Shown here: piece by piece, positions 38,961 to 53,057 of the stretch
Position numbering within the stretch: the first letter of the stretch is position 1
How the letters are laid out: the number at the start of each line of letters is the position of its first letter
NCBI GenBank assembly: GCA_002633005.1
Contig: NMRA01000261.1
Coordinates: 445,721 to 509,720 of the forward strand
DNA from: Phoronis australis
Taxonomy: Eukaryota > Animalia > Phoronida
Length of the DNA stretch: 64,000 bases
Reading direction: 5' to 3'
Made by a program: the position numbers and the translations under genes
Notes under the pieces: model-generated
Told to the model about the DNA's origin: nothing
The model's database searches: none
What the model saw: the letters and a program-made list of their open reading frames with translations, nothing else

Positions 38961-40616
38961 AAATGTCATTCAAGATACCCCAGGCCTCAATGGCCATCCC
39001 ACCTAAGTTCTTACAGTTTTAAAGCGGAAAAAACTGCTCTCGTGAAGCCTGATGACCTGTGATTATGTGTTGAGGAGCGTTCAAATTATTGTCGTTTTCA
39101 CGAGTGTACAAAACACGCTTGAGGCTTGCTGCTAGTGAACGCCACAAAACAACGATACAAAAAGACAAAATTAAAGTTTTAATTATTTTTTGTCGAAGAG
39201 TGTCTGTAGTTTTAGACACAGTAAAAGATGCAATGATGAAGTAGGCGTGGAGAATTATGTGAAAATTAACATTATTGAAGCTTTTAGGCTTAAAAGCGGC
39301 TATTAACCTGCGTTCTGTCAAAGAAATTAACGTTTGATTTAGGCCAGTTTAGCCGTAATTCAGAGAAGTGGTTTGTGGGCTTTAACTGACAGTTGATTGC
39401 TGCTTGAGACTATATTCGGCGCATAAAATGACCGGCTGTGATAAGTCAACATTTAGAGTCTGGTCTGAAGCCAAACAGAAGTGTCGGACCTGTCCAAGCT
39501 CAGACATTAGTGTTAATTCTACCAAAGAACAATTTGAGGCCCAATTTACGACGGTAAGTGGCCAAAGTCAGAAATTATTTTTGTGGTGGAAATTAGATTT
39601 AAAGTCGCTTTAACGTGTTCATAAATAATCTATGACGTACAAAATTTGATTTTCTGTTCATTTTAGAGCAAATAGGGGAAGGCCAGGAAAGTGTGGGTTC
39701 GTGAAAATTGCGACAATTGTTAGGTGGACAAGGAATGGCCGCTTTGTAGGTCTACTGCTAATTACATCTATATAGTCATAAAGAACACATTATCGCCTCC
39801 TTGCGTGATTGTCAACTCTCATCCACTTGAAAGCCTGACAGCTGAAAATCTTTGGCTGAAGTTTTTCAGAATTGTTCTTCAATTGGTGAAATTTCACTAC
39901 CCGTCTACATTAATTTACTAAACACTGTGTCACGTGACTGTATTGTCGACACGGCAGGCTTCCTCTTCCGTGTGATCAACACAGCCGAGATGCTACAGCC
40001 GAGAACGTGTTCCCACGTGTGTCGACCACGGCGTACTATTGTTCACCTAACAGACGTGTTTCCGCACTCTGTGTGTATACGTCACCTTGTAATAGACAGC
40101 AAGCATCAGCTGCGTGGTTGTATGGCAGCACGATCCTCAGTAAAAAGTTACGTCAAGAGATTGTATCCATGCGCTCAGTTCAACCGTGCAACCTGTTAGC
40201 ACACTAACGAACCGTAAATCCCAAGTCGTAAATGATTCGATATTTTTCAATTTAACGGCTTTTCTCAATGTAATTGTGTCGCATCCATTAGTTTTTCGTT
40301 GCTATTTGAAACTGGAAAATGTCGCGTCTACTTTAGGTAATAGGATTTGCCAGTGACAACGGCAGAATTTAAACCAGTTCGGCGTGTGAGAGAAGAGCGG
40401 TGATAGTTTCGTCTCCAGAGCCGATGTCTCCAGCCTGGTTATATACTCACTAGCCTGAGCGTGTCAATGCACGTTTAGCTTTATCAACGCAGTGTGTTTT
40501 CTCCGAAATGGGAAATTCTTTCAAGCTCAAAGTAGCTCGGAATCACTCTGTGCACATTCCAGACACGTAAAAATGTTGTGGGGGAGAACTGCTTAATCGA
40601 TACGATCGAGGATATT

Positions 40617-41020
40617 CCTGGGTACTCCTCAGAAAGTTGACTTTTTCGCGACCAGTTTCCCTACTAAAAGGTGCCTTTTCGAACACAATTCTTAACAAAA
40701 GTGTTGACTTTAAGAGGTCCTTGTTTCCAGTTACAAAAAAACTATACAGAAGAACTTTGAAAATTATTCTAAATTTCCGTTTCGAAGGATGCACTCAATT
40801 TTAACATTATGGCACTTCGTCTGGTACTTTTCAGGCTTAACGGGTAACAATTTGGCTGTATAGAATGACCCTTACAAAAGGATGTCTTTTGTGGAATGGT
40901 GAGTTTTTCGATGACGCTTCTTACAACTGGCTCCCTTTTTTAGACTCCGCACTCTCTCTAAATGAGTGAGTATCCTAATTTTCGGCTGCACCCTCCGTCA
41001 AAAATCGAGTATCCCCCGGG
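40617..41020. mobile_element. Non-autonomous element with CCCGGGGG-type termini (related relics at 33080-33980 and 61848-62300)
   Basis: cctgggtactc...gagtatcccccggg ends and repeated ct(a/t)(c)gaaa(a)gg(g)t motifs shared among the three regions. Superfamily uncertain, possibly EnSpm-like. Confidence 0.45.
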
Positions 41021-42838
41021 GAAATCTGCCTACTGAGGGGAAAACTGTCGTGTAGACTTTTATCATTTGAACTTGTGCGAGAGTTCTGAGAATTCTTCAA
41101 CCGACGAGCAGTTGGTGAAATATTAGATAAAAACAGGTAGATTAATTTGTGAATGGTAATAAATCTAATTGGACCGATGGTTGATTTCCTGACTAGGTTC
41201 ATAAATGACAGTTACAGATACTGAAGGCATTAACCCTAGTGGTTTTAGGAATCAAGGCCTACGTTTGTTGGTCTTCCTAATTACTGGACGACTGTCATAA
41301 ATTTGTGTAACACTCGCGTTGATTAATAATATAAATGAAACACCACTTGACGCTACGACATCAGAAATTTTAGTATGTTTTCTTACTAGTCGATGACCCT
41401 GTGACTCTTAAGAACAGGCATGGAGGAACGCTTGGTGGTTTTAATTACCTTTTATAAAACAGTACGAACCGTTGGTTAGGTTAAGAGACGTCAAGACTAA
41501 GTCGTGGCTGACTACCCTAATGGGCATGTTTTCCAGTCAGGTGTGACTACAACAGGACTGTTCACATCGGTTGACTTCACATCCAACAAGAACACCAACA
41601 ATACAACACACATGTATTTAATATATATTTTTAATTACACCACATTGACAGCTTCATTCTTTGTCGCTATTTAACTCTATCGTAGTTTGATACAAGCTCG
41701 TCTCTTGCGAGTACGATTTTCCTGGAAACAGACGCAAAAATGGCCATTATTCAAGTTAACACTGAAATAAAATAACTCAGGTGGATAAACAAAGTTACAC
41801 GTACGTCCCCAGTGGAACACACACGTAGGCGATAAAACGTCTTTTATTATGATATGCGGATAAGAAAAAAAGTGCAATACAAATACAGAAAACATTTAGG
41901 AAAAGAATACCAATATAATGCATTTGGAAGATGGGTTATCCATGAGAAGTGCTACAGGAGCTATGGTAAAAATCCCAGTTAAATTTTGGTCTTTTATTGT
42001 AGCCGAGGTTATCGAAACTTGTTAGTATGCACAGTTAATTTGATAGTCTGTATTATGTCAACCACTTTGTTAATTATGCGCTTGGATTTGCTACTTATAC
42101 TTGTATATGGGCCGGAGGCCTAAGTACTGAAATAAATTAAGAATTGAGAATTAAATGTTGTCTGGAGTAACTATCCCGGTATAAAAACAACATGGTGGAT
42201 GTGGTCAATGAAATTAGCTCCACTCCATAATGGGTCTTGACGATATCCTAGCGTGGGTGTGGCCTACAGCGAGAAGCCTGGTAAATCTACTGAGGAACAA
42301 CTGTATTTGTTACAACCCACTTTACACAGCGGCTGTAAATCAACATTCCGTCCAACAAGTGAACGTTTGATTTGGACCACTTGAATGTATCAAACTCAGG
42401 CATCAACTTGTTCCTCACTCGGACGAAACGTGATTTGTCGGGGTTTGCTGCTAACTGACAGTTCGCTATTACTTAAAACCACGCCCTACTTCATCGCGTA
42501 GTAACAAATTGTAAGTCCTTTCAAAGCCCTGAAATAACCTCCATTTTGACTAAGGAGCAATTTGAGGCGAATCAAAAGAGTTGCTTTTTATGATGGAACG
42601 TGACTTAATGGACGCTTTATGAAGATCGGGAAGAGGCCATGTCATTTTGCTAACTAAACCTAGCTACTTAACGAAGCAATTGGTTCGCCTATTTTTAACG
42701 TGTAAGAGAGAATGTCTTTTAATTATTATTCGACGTACATATCTCCGTAATGCACTTATCTAGCTACTACACAGTACACCGTTCACTCTTTCATGAGTGG
42801 CCAACAGGTTTTCATTCAGGTCAAATGCCGTCTCGTTG

Positions 42839-42960
42839 ATTGGTTGAAACTGAACAACCAGAACCGTTGAGAGTGGTCACATGGTATGTCGTCAGATCTC
42901 TATGAAAACAGGTGTCTTACCTATAAAAAGGTAAGCAAGTAAGAATACGAATTATTAGTA
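42839..42960 (+). promoter_or_regulatory. Candidate Pol II core promoter of the secreted-peptide gene
   Basis: Reverse CCAAT (ATTGG 42839-42843), TATAAAA 42922-42928, and Inr-like TTAGT about 33 nt downstream. Confidence 0.45.
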
Positions 42961-43115
42961 AGATTTGAAAATCACTACTGCAGCACTGGGATTTATATGA
43001 GACAACATTGAGATGGATACATATGTCCATACGAGTCGTTAGTAATTGATGTTCAACCCATGAGTTCGTGTTTCTTACTTTGGAACAAGTTTTCAAGTTG
43101 CCGATTTCATAAAAT
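42952..43115 (+). other. Candidate non-coding first exon
   Basis: Lies just downstream of the TATA box and ends at a consensus AT|GTAAGT donor. Contains several upstream ATGs. Confidence 0.4.
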
Positions 43116-45609
43116 GTAAGTACGCTTTCGGAATACTACATTTTCATTATTGATATTACTCTTAACGTTAGTTGTTTCTAATTGTTTACAACTCAAATGT
43201 TATGCGGAGACTGGTTATACTCGTTTTTATCGAACTACATAGAAGTGTGTTACAAGTGCATACATTAATATACATACCTTTTTACCTCTATTATTGTTTG
43301 TGTGACAAAACGTCCAAACACAATGTAAAGGAGTTCTCATTTCGAAAACTATGAAAATATTCTGCTTGCATATCGTGAAATATTGTTATGGAATGTTGTT
43401 CGTGTTATAGACATTGTAATGTAAAATAATGTTTAGAATTGATCTTTTATGCAGCAATAATTGAATTGTTCAAACTAATCGTGCGACACCTTTTGTCAAA
43501 AAATATTCCAAACAAAGCGTAAACTTACTTATAGCATTTTTCCATCAAATGGTATTTTTACAGCAAAGTTATAAACCACCGAACTAGAGAGCTCAAACTC
43601 ATCTATGTTATCAGTTTCTCTGTTCTGGATGGACTCAGAAGAGAGTAAAGATACCTAGGTACTATTGCGATATGAACGAAGCGTAGGTCTTGTAAGAATT
43701 TAGATCTGTTCTTTAGTTATCACTTAGTTGTCTTTCAAAATATCGGCATGTGACGAATTGTAAATTAAAATTAATTTAATTCTGTAAAAGCATGACCGTC
43801 ACACGTTTCTTCTATTTCCGTGTGGTCAACACGTCCACTTAAGTACTTGACTTCAATATAATTTTCAAATATTGATAAAATCGCTTAGGGAATTCTAATG
43901 AATTCTCTTTATTTAAATGTCTCGTGCCATTTAATTGTACATAGAAAATCCATTTTAGCATGGTTTAATAAGCATTATGAATAAATGCACTGCTAATGTA
44001 CATGGTTAGGTCCAAGTATTCAGACAACAATAATGTCTGAATATAGCCAACAAAGCGCTACAGATTTTTAAGCACCTAATCCATCTCATCTATCTAGCTA
44101 CTTACTGAAAAGTTTCAAACATCATTTATGAGAATTTGCGTTTCCTGTGCAAAAACTTTGAGCATGGTTCTACATTTGTAAAAGATTGATGAAATCAAAG
44201 TGAAACTTGGTTAAGAAATAATTTGATTAGCATTGCAAACTGGAGAGGGTCATCGAAATCTAAGGAAATGGCACATTTAACCAATTTGTTGCATATTGAT
44301 TGACGAAAGAATTAAACACCCCCCGAACTTCGGTGACTTCCAGTCGTAGAAAATAATACATTATTTGAAACACGCTCATATCTTTGACGCGCAATTTCAA
44401 TTCAATAATAGCAGAGTTGGAATCATGAAATTCAGACAAAAAACCTAGCTGCGTCCATTTTACAAATGAAGCACCTGTGCCTATAACGAGCTCGAGTTTG
44501 TGTGCAGCGTTGTATAATAATATGCAACGCTACATATGCAAGCTATTCAAAAATGAATGTTTAATGCGCACCTGAAAACAACACAAGTAACACGACTACT
44601 TTGTTCATGAGCACATGCGGAGAGGGCACTAGGTCCACTTACTGAATAATTCATTTCCGTCGCAAATAGATCAAAGGCTTGTGCTAGACTCAGTTGCAGC
44701 TAAGTATCATGTATCCTCGGCCCTACGTGGCAATACGTAGAGGTATCCAAAGGTGTACGTAAGATGGACTCCGAAAGTTTAATATGTTTAAATTTCTCGT
44801 GTTGTGTAGGCGAAGAGCGCAGGGCCGTGTTTTATGAAAAATGACTTAATATTTAAGTCGAAAATTTGGTCCTAAGCTGTTTCTGAAAGATACTTATATC
44901 GCACTTGAGCAAAAGTGCAAAGTCCCTGAAACCGCCAGTTAATGAGAAAACTTTTCGATTAGTTATTTCTGGAGGCTGTGATGCACTCATACGTGTAGAT
45001 TACGTGGATAAACCTTTTATTCAGCACTTGTAAAGTGTGAGCGTAATATCAAATTTCTTTAGTAAATCTTAAGTCACGTTTTATGGAACAGACTACTAGA
45101 CGCAAATAGTGTGTAATTTTACACAAAAATACGCCACACCACGCTATTGTACATGTACGCGATGCCTACTCAATATTGCGTTACCCTACATCAGTCTGGT
45201 AAAAACACCATCCCATGCGTGGCCTACACACAGGGAAGTAAGCCCATCCTGTGCGCAAGAGCACTGTTTTCATGCAGCTAAGTTTCACCCTACAAAACTC
45301 CAGGCAGGCCTTGAGCAGACACCAGGTGGCGAGACCGTCTCGTCCACGAGTAAACTCATTTAGAACTGCCAAACAATATGTCACTCAGAGTATGTCTCTC
45401 AGAGTTGAAATATCACCTAGAAAATCTATCAAAAACTTGGAAAGTTTATAAGACGAAATCAACAACGCTATTGGACATATACGTGGAATCTCGTCTATAT
45501 CTTATCTTTCACAGGTTTCATGAACCACCAAGATATGTGATAGGCCGTTAATTCTCGTAAAATCGATCTCATAATCTATTCATTCGAACTGTATCACACT
45601 TTGCGCCAT

Positions 45610-45855
45610 GTTCTCACGTGATACGATCTGGTACAGTACCGTTCCAAGTGGTGGACAAGGCGAGCCTGCCACCACCGTGTCTGTAAAGTGATGTATTAAA
45701 AACCTTTAATGAAGATGGCCTCCTTAACGGCTCTTTCAAACAGTTCCTGTCCCTACTCAAAATTTCAACACCGTCATTATCGAACTCCTGCGCATTAGCA
45801 TGCAAGTATCTATGCACCGCCGACGAAACACCTTCTCCCGCGTTTGATCCCATAA
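45610..45855 (-). mobile_element. Penelope-like element, GIY-YIG endonuclease C-terminal relic
   Basis: SSAVHRYLHANAQEFDNDGVEILSRDRN / FERAVKEAIFIK (frameshifted) / SLYRHGGGRLALSTTWN, matching the Penelope SAV..H..F....ILDRE..WFERGVKEAIY..LNRGGG pattern. Confidence 0.85.
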
Positions 45856-46854
45856 AATTCTTACCGTGATTGATTTCTATTTCGGCGTTACTTACTCAAG
45901 TGGTAGGCGATGCATGTAAGCGCCATTTTCGAATCTGCAATTTTAGGGTTCGCCAGCTGCAATGAATTTGAAATGGTTTGTTCAGTCGCTGATTATTTCG
46001 ATGTTCTTTTTGGTAACCGCACTTAGAAAGCTATCGCGGTAATATCAGGGTGTTCCACCGAAACAGGAAGCCCGGTGTAAAACAGTTATCCCGGAGTCGG
46101 AAACAGGCTCCCGCACCTTCAAAACAGCTAACCAGCTCGAAAAATACGAACCCTGACCTTTAAAACAGGAACCCCCGGAAATCGGACAGGAAACACGGAA
46201 ATTTTTTTGAGATTGTTATCAATAGCCTCAAATTTTGAGTACTTTCCGCATTTTGTTTGTAAAAAAATTGTCAATAATAAAACGTAACTTATATCATATT
46301 GACTTTGTTCTTTGATTTTCATCGGTAAAACTCGTGCAAGTTGTCTGTGGGCGAATTTCAACATAATCTATACTCTCAACATGTTGTTATCACGGTGAAT
46401 ATTTGGTGATTTCAGATTATTCAATAGTTTCCCAAAAATTTAAAGAAATGAAAAACAAAATATTATTCAAATTATTTCAACTTTCGAGTGCCATCGTTAA
46501 TTTGTTGTGACGTGTACGCAACCTCGTGGAAGAAGAACAGTTAATTAAAGAATTGGGGAAAAAGAAACTGGTGACGCAATATTTCATGGCGTTGTAGGCT
46601 GACGCAAAAGATCGCTTCACAACTTCAGCAGCAGAATAATGTAGAACGCCAATTTTGCCTAAAATTCTCATATATTAAAACAACATATCACAACAATTAT
46701 TTAAAGTAATGTAATCTTCTCGCCCACTGCCAGTGGAGGTTAAATTGACATCTCCAGCGCAAAATCGGCCCTGGAACTCGCGTCACAGCAAACGCTCTGC
46801 ATACTGAGTTAAATCTCACTTAGTAGATGTCAAAGACTAAAGCATATTGAACTG

Positions 46855-46861
46855 TTATGTA

Positions 46862-46926
<65 letters not shown>

Positions 46927-46935
46927 CTATGTATC

Positions 46936-46968
<33 letters not shown>

Positions 46969-47148
46969 GTGAATGTATGTATGTGTGTATGTATGTATGT
47001 ATGTATGTATGTATATAGGTGTGTGTGTGCGCGTGTGTGTGTGTGTGTGTGTGTATGCATGTATGTATGTATGTATGTGTGTATGTATGCATGTATCTAT
47101 GTATCTATGTAACTATGTATGTATATATTTATGTACATGTATGTATGT
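46855..47148. repeat. Compound (TG)n/(TATG)n microsatellite
   Basis: Directly visible. Confidence 0.98.
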
Positions 47149-47397
47149 TTGCCGGCTGATGTGAGTGATCTCCTTCTTTCTTCTCGCTACAAAGGTCTAG
47201 TAGCGAGATCGCCACCAGTTTTGAGGTAACACAAATCGATAGCAAAATGCTACCAAAAGTGACACCTGTAACCCTCCACGTTACTAGAGGTTTTGCTACC
47301 AGCAAAAGTGCTTGCGAAATCACTAGCCTGTTAGAGAACGAGGTGAAGACAGGGAGCAGGTGAACCCGGGAAATTACAAGAACGGCAACAGTCTCCT

Positions 47398-47417
47398 GCT
47401 GACGTCAGCGGATGACG
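47398..47417. promoter_or_regulatory. Full CRE (TGACGTCA) plus half-site in putative intron 1
   Basis: GCTGACGTCAGC palindrome followed by GATGACG. It may sit inside a small TAG...CTA MITE. Confidence 0.3.
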
Positions 47418-48776
47418 CCTGGGCACCATGTTACAAAAACTGCTGAAGAGTCTAGGAATTGAAAACTATGAAAATAAGAAACCAGTATACCATCGAAAAC
47501 TGAGTGCCAGTTATACTCCATATCTACCCTGCAGCTAATAATTTCTTAGTCTAAACGTAGGTTAAGGTAACAACAATCTACTTGTAAACTATTCAAATAA
47601 CCTCATAGCTACATTCATTAGTATGGGACTCACGGCTAATTACCTTGGCATTAACAATAGGTATTTATAGTGGAGTCATTTTTTACGGTCTTGAATCAGT
47701 AGGCAGGTATTCACTTTAGATCATTAGGACATCATAAATAAATGGAAAAATCTTCCGGTCAGCTTTGTTAGGTTACTTTACATAGAGTGACTAGCAGCCG
47801 TCAATTAGCGTGTCTTTGAACACTGTTGCATAAAATTATATTACCTATCAATTTTGATTAATTTTGTTTGCCTAAACCGGTTAGCTAATTATATCTCTGT
47901 CACAGTTATGCGGGTTAATCACGAGTGGATAGCGTCAATACGTAATTCAATCACCTTGTCATATACAGCTCTATTACACAAATGGCGAGGTATATTATGA
48001 ACATTTTCTATCTAATTAATATAATTATACACCATCAGCGTGAGATAGCTAGTCACAACACACGTATCGTTCAAACATTGATTAGTGACATTTTTTTAAA
48101 TTCGTGGTTCAATTAAAATCTTCCTTCTTTTTGAATTTTAGCTGGATGAATTAAAATTCATTTTGAAAGATAAATTTAAATGGATTTATTAATTTTTATA
48201 AACAGACAGAGAAATGAACAAATTAAAGTTCATGTAAGATGTCGAACACATTGAAACCAAGTGCTCTGTTTAAAATACACGCCGATACCTCTCGGAGGCG
48301 TGCGTGCATGTAAGAAACTATAGCTAGCTGTGTAGACCGCTGACATAATTTCGCTCTACGCAATTATCGTATTTCGGAAAAAAAAAACTAAAATTACCTC
48401 AGCTGAGCAAAGTATAGGGTCCATGAAAATGCTTCCAGATGTGTCAGTTTTAGTTTATCAAATAATTTGTATAAATTATTCCTAAACTGTGTTGTTTACA
48501 AATAAATGCCATAATCTTTATTCAACATTTCTGGTTCTGTCTTAGTCACCTTCCAGGTCTAGCTTCCGCAGATATGAGAAAAGCAAGATCTTGCAAGTCC
48601 TCGCCATGCATCGCAATGTTTTACAAGCGAAGCACTAGCGTTCACTTGCGGTTGTTTTGGTTCGAAGGAGCCCAGGCCACAAATGAAAAATGGCGTGACT
48701 GAACGCGCCCCAGCTGTCTTTTGCAACAAACACAAACGATTTAAATGATTGTTTTTCAGACGTTCTAACTTACAAG

Positions 48777-48939
48777 ATGGATGTGCTGTGGCTGTTCAAA
48801 GACCCCCTCCGTCTCCTCCTCGTCCTGTTTCTACTACACTCCTGCTTGGCGGCTCCTTCATTTATCCTGCCAAACAATGAGCAAGGTCCAACTAGATCAC
48901 TACTTTTACCAAACACAGAGCTCAGAAAATTTTTAGAAT
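48777..48939 (+). CDS. First coding exon of an unassigned secreted peptide precursor (signal peptide and propeptide)
   Basis: gtttttcAG acceptor at 48758-48759; Kozak caagATGG; MDVLWLFKDPLRLLLVLFLLHSCLA|APSFILPNNEQGPTRSLLLPNTELRKFLE; T|GTAAGT donor (phase 1). Confidence 0.75.
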
Positions 48940-50623
48940 GTAAGTATTGATAGAGCCAATGTTTAGGAAACACTGTTCCAATTTCCCACAACTTCTCATT
49001 ATGCAAACATATTGGTTACCTCTTCGTTCTGCAAGCTAACGTTAAAATGAAAATTCAAAGCCATTGACACGATTTGTCCGTTGTCCTATTTTACCCTGTT
49101 GTGTTTCCAGGTTAAGTGCAGGCTGGTTGTGTGCAAACTTATTGATCCATTTCCGGGAAAAAGCCAGATGCAGGCTAAACACCTTTGACAAACGAATCGA
49201 AGAATTTTCTTGGCATGATAGCACTTGGTTTCTGGTATAGAAACTAACTGAAATCCAGATCACCTGCATTTCATATTTGATATGAAAAAAATCTTGGAAG
49301 CGTTGGACAACCCTGTCCAATGGATAACATTTTGATGTTTACATGAACTTGCCGAATGCCCTGAATAGTCCGCCCGGGCTAGGGAATCATTCTTTATCAT
49401 GGCATGGAGCAATTTTCGACGCCGGTAACTTGAAGCTCCCTGATTTATATTTTGCGATTTTGAAAATCTGCAAGACTAGACGCCCAACAAATACCAAATA
49501 CTCCACGTTTTATTAGTCATAAGGCTAAGGTAAACAATTGATGATAAATTTTACAACTACAGTGTACAAAAAGCTATTGAGTGTACATGTAAATACAGCC
49601 ACGTGTGTGCTTGGTAGAGTGTTTTACTTAAAAGAGCAACATCCAATTTTTCTCTTTATTAAGAAGAGCAGTAGATACAATAACAAATGTTCTATTATGA
49701 GATGTCCAACGTTCTATTCACACGCTATTCTTACAAGCCACGCGAAGCACGAGCATTTGTTCATAGGAAACCGGGTGGGAAACAGAAACGCTTGGTTCTA
49801 AATTTTATATAATCGCTATTTCTACAGTAGACGTATTTTTGCTTTAATACGGCCCGTTCATGAGAGTCTTTTCCTGACTTTATGTTGAAGTGAAAAAAGT
49901 AATAATTCCCCTTTTTTGAGTACTTGCGACTTCTTTCAAAATTTTGGAGAGATCCGAAAAAAGACTCGCATAAATTTTCATAGAGAAAATTTTTTTAAAA
50001 AAGCTTTCATTAAATGAAATGAGAAGGCCTCTTTTTGGTTGACGCTGCCTGTATTTATAATACTTTGCTGAAGATAAAATGGAGTTTGCTGATGAATGCC
50101 TCTTCGAAAAACTTTCAGTATATCAGATTCTAGCCATCATCACGCGTTATTATCTCTTTTAACAAACTGGTTCTTAATCGCAAAGATTCTTTGATTGAAT
50201 CAATGTTGCCTTTTTGATTTTTGTTTGACGGTACACTTGTCAGTCGACCAGAATTTACATTCAGTTTATTGCCATCTTCAGCTGAAATACTCGCAAGTTC
50301 ATCAACGAAGTGTCATTCAATAATTTCCACCTGTCTTTAATTTCATAATGAACTCACATTTGCTTTTAGTCAAGAAAACAGCGATATACACATAAAAACT
50401 GACATCATGGACATATATTATACATTATATATAAATGGCAAACAGATCAGGCGAAACATGAATTTTCTGTCGATTGATAATTATATCTTGAAAGTAATCC
50501 ATTAGGCAAAACCTACAGAGTATTTATAATGATTAATTTTTTAATCACAACAATGTTTGTTATGGGTGCGCGCTCAGTATATCACCACACAGCTTTATAG
50601 TACGGACCAGGAAGGGTCTTGCA

Positions 50624-51506
50624 CAGTGGCGGATCTAGGATATCACAAGGGGGGACAAAACCCCCTCCCGCCCAAGAAATTTTTCTGTTATTACCCCTAA
50701 AAATCAAGTATTTTCCTTGATTCCTGAAGACAAAAGAGAAAATTAACGGAGAACGTGTCGAACAGAAAAAACTGCAAGAACCTAAGACTCGAACTCACGA
50801 CCTGGCGGATAGAGCGCGCGTGCGTTACCACTACACCACCATAACTTAACTATTAACTGCTTTCTAAGAGACCTACTTATTTATGGTCCACAGCGTTTGC
50901 GCGCGAAACCTACTTCTTTTTGTAATACTTATTACACGTTTTATATTTTGTGCCATCAATTCTTAACAAATTTGTCGTCTTTAAAATAGTCTTCAAATGC
51001 CCAAAAGACCAAATCCGTTTTTCGTGTTGGCAATAATGACGGGATTGCTTTGGAAATCGTCTTAAGATAAGGTTTGACAAAGAGAGTATTGCGAGTTTCT
51101 GAGTGATTCACTAAGGCGTCGATTAAAATTCACATCTTACCAGCAGCTTCTGTTTTTTCATCGTCACTCAGGTTCCATTTTCTTTAAAAAATGAAATAAA
51201 TTTTCTTCATTGCACAGTGGAGCAGACGACGGAAACGGAGTCGTAGTGTGCAGCGCCACTGCCGGTCGCCTGGGATATCGCAGGAGACCCTACACTTAGC
51301 CATAGTTCAGTTACGAATGCGTCGTGTTCCGAATTTGACACTTGAAATTTGATTTTTATTCCCCCCAACACTAAAACTGCACACATTTAAATCTTTTTTC
51401 ATCCGGGGTTAATTAATAAACTCAACATTTCCCTACGCTCTTACTGTTTTATTTTTTTTGCGGCAGCCAAGGGGGGGGCCCTGGGCCCCCCCTAAATCCG
51501 CCTATG
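50624..51506 (-). mobile_element. MITE with CA...TG termini and 5-bp TSD TTGCA (hAT5-like)
   Basis: TTGCA|CAGTGGCGGATCTAGG...CCTAAATCCGCCTATG|TTGCA. Reverse complement of 59335-60330. Confidence 0.92.
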
Positions 51507-51835
51507 TTGCAACAAATGAAAGATTTTTGCAATTACTTTTTCCAAAAGTAACTGCAGAATCACGACTTAACTGAGACAAAAATACGTCATTAGAAATAGC
51601 GGCTCTTTGTCAAGAGGGGAATTTTTGTTAAATAACAAGCATCGAAATGGCGCAATTGTGGTTTGAAAATGTTGACTCTTACCCACGATATCGGAAATTC
51701 CCACACACACAACTTGAATATATCGTTGATGTATAAATAGCACTGAAGTCAAATATAGTCTTACATAGGCCGCGCGCCCCCGCTGTTTAGTAGCACGTGG
51801 TCTCATGCACGTTCCTTTACTAAATTATTATAGAC

Positions 51836-52245
51836 CAGCCTCGTCTCAAGCCTCAAGATAGCGTTAATCGGTTTAGCCTTTTGATTCTTGGTTTTGGGAA
51901 TTACCTTCTGTGCAATGATTGGTCGCTGCCTTGACGTCATTAAAACAAAGACAGATTTTAGTTATTTTCACAGTCGTTGTTCCTGCAATTCATGAAACAG
52001 AAGGCATGGTCTTGGTTATTGTTTGAAATAAAGGTTGTTGGTGTGCTTATTTTCAATTCTTTTTTTGCTAGTAGTATCATAGAAATAATCTCTTTTCTAA
52101 TCAAAATACGTGATTTTTGCAATAATTTGCTGCAATATACCGTCAGTTTTCAAAATTACTCGTAAAAATGTGTCAGAATTCTGACACATTTCATTTCCAA
52201 AGCCACAACCGATCAGCGTCATATTGAGGCTTGGGGACGAGGTTG
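51836..52245 (+). mobile_element. MITE with ~45-bp TIRs and 9-bp TSD ATTATAGAC (Mutator-like)
   Basis: ATTATAGAC|CAGCCTCGTCTCAAGCCTCAA...TTGAGGCTTGGGGACGAGGTTG|ATTATAGAC. Confidence 0.88.
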
Positions 52246-52249
52246 ATTA

Positions 52250-52700
52250 TAGACCGGCAGCCCAGAGCACTTAGCATAGACGAACGAGGTGCCAACATCT
52301 GACCATAGGAGCACTTAGAGTCCACTTCAGGATATACAGATTTGGACGTCTGCCATTGTCTGCACTCTGGGTGTGACCCCTGGGGACCTTACAAGGGGGG
52401 CCAAAAACGAGCTAGATTAGATATTCAAAGTACCCGCCAAAACTGATTTAAAACGGAAAATAGTACCGCAATGAACACCGAATGACCCATGACAGACAAT
52501 TTGCACTCTGAAAAGGGTCCACCAGAAGCCCAAAAGGACCCCCCCAAATGAGCTAGCTCATACATTCGAGGTTCCATGTGATTCAATACGTGTCCCTGAT
52601 CACTAGATGCCCCATGACAGACAAAATACACGCTGGATTGTGCCCGCTAGAAACCCCCCAAAATGTCAACGACTGTATTCCATTGAAAATTTGAGCTGTT
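52250..52700 (+). mobile_element. Interspersed element starting TAGACCGGCAGCCCAGAGC (copy 2 at 63656 to window end)
   Basis: About 340 bp colinear with 63656-64000. Right end not defined. Confidence 0.85.
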
Positions 52701-52913
52701 AGTGCTTGGCAATGGAACCAAGTTACTGTCCGCAGATGGCGTTCACAAACCGCTACTGCTACTGCTTGTCTCAGTAGTCATCTCACTAAACCTTCTATCC
52801 AGAAGTACCAATGATTCCCTAGAACACTTGAAGTGTCCACAGCAGACGTTGTTAATACACCGTGTATAGAATGCCTGAAATGACGGTAAAAGACGACAAA
52901 CGCCCGGTAGACA

Positions 52914-53057
52914 AAGGGGCGGATCCAGGAATTTGAGTTGGGGGGCAGGGCAGATTATTTACCAGGATTTTGCCCGTCAGACATTCGCACCCCCCAACTG
53001 ACAAATGGAATCTGCGAGAAGTTTAGGAGGGCCATGCGCCCCTTAAATCCACCACTG
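52914..53057 (+). mobile_element. ~145-bp mini-MITE, TSD AGACA
   Basis: AGACA|AAGGGGCGGATCCAGG...AAATCCACCACTG|AGACA. Confidence 0.85.

Noticed and set aside
46820-47164. HT/VC-repeat ORFs
   Set aside because: Translation of the TG/TATG microsatellite.
50085-50120. CTGATGA...CGAAA hammerhead-like core
   Set aside because: No convincing stem II or III and no cleavage triplet in register.
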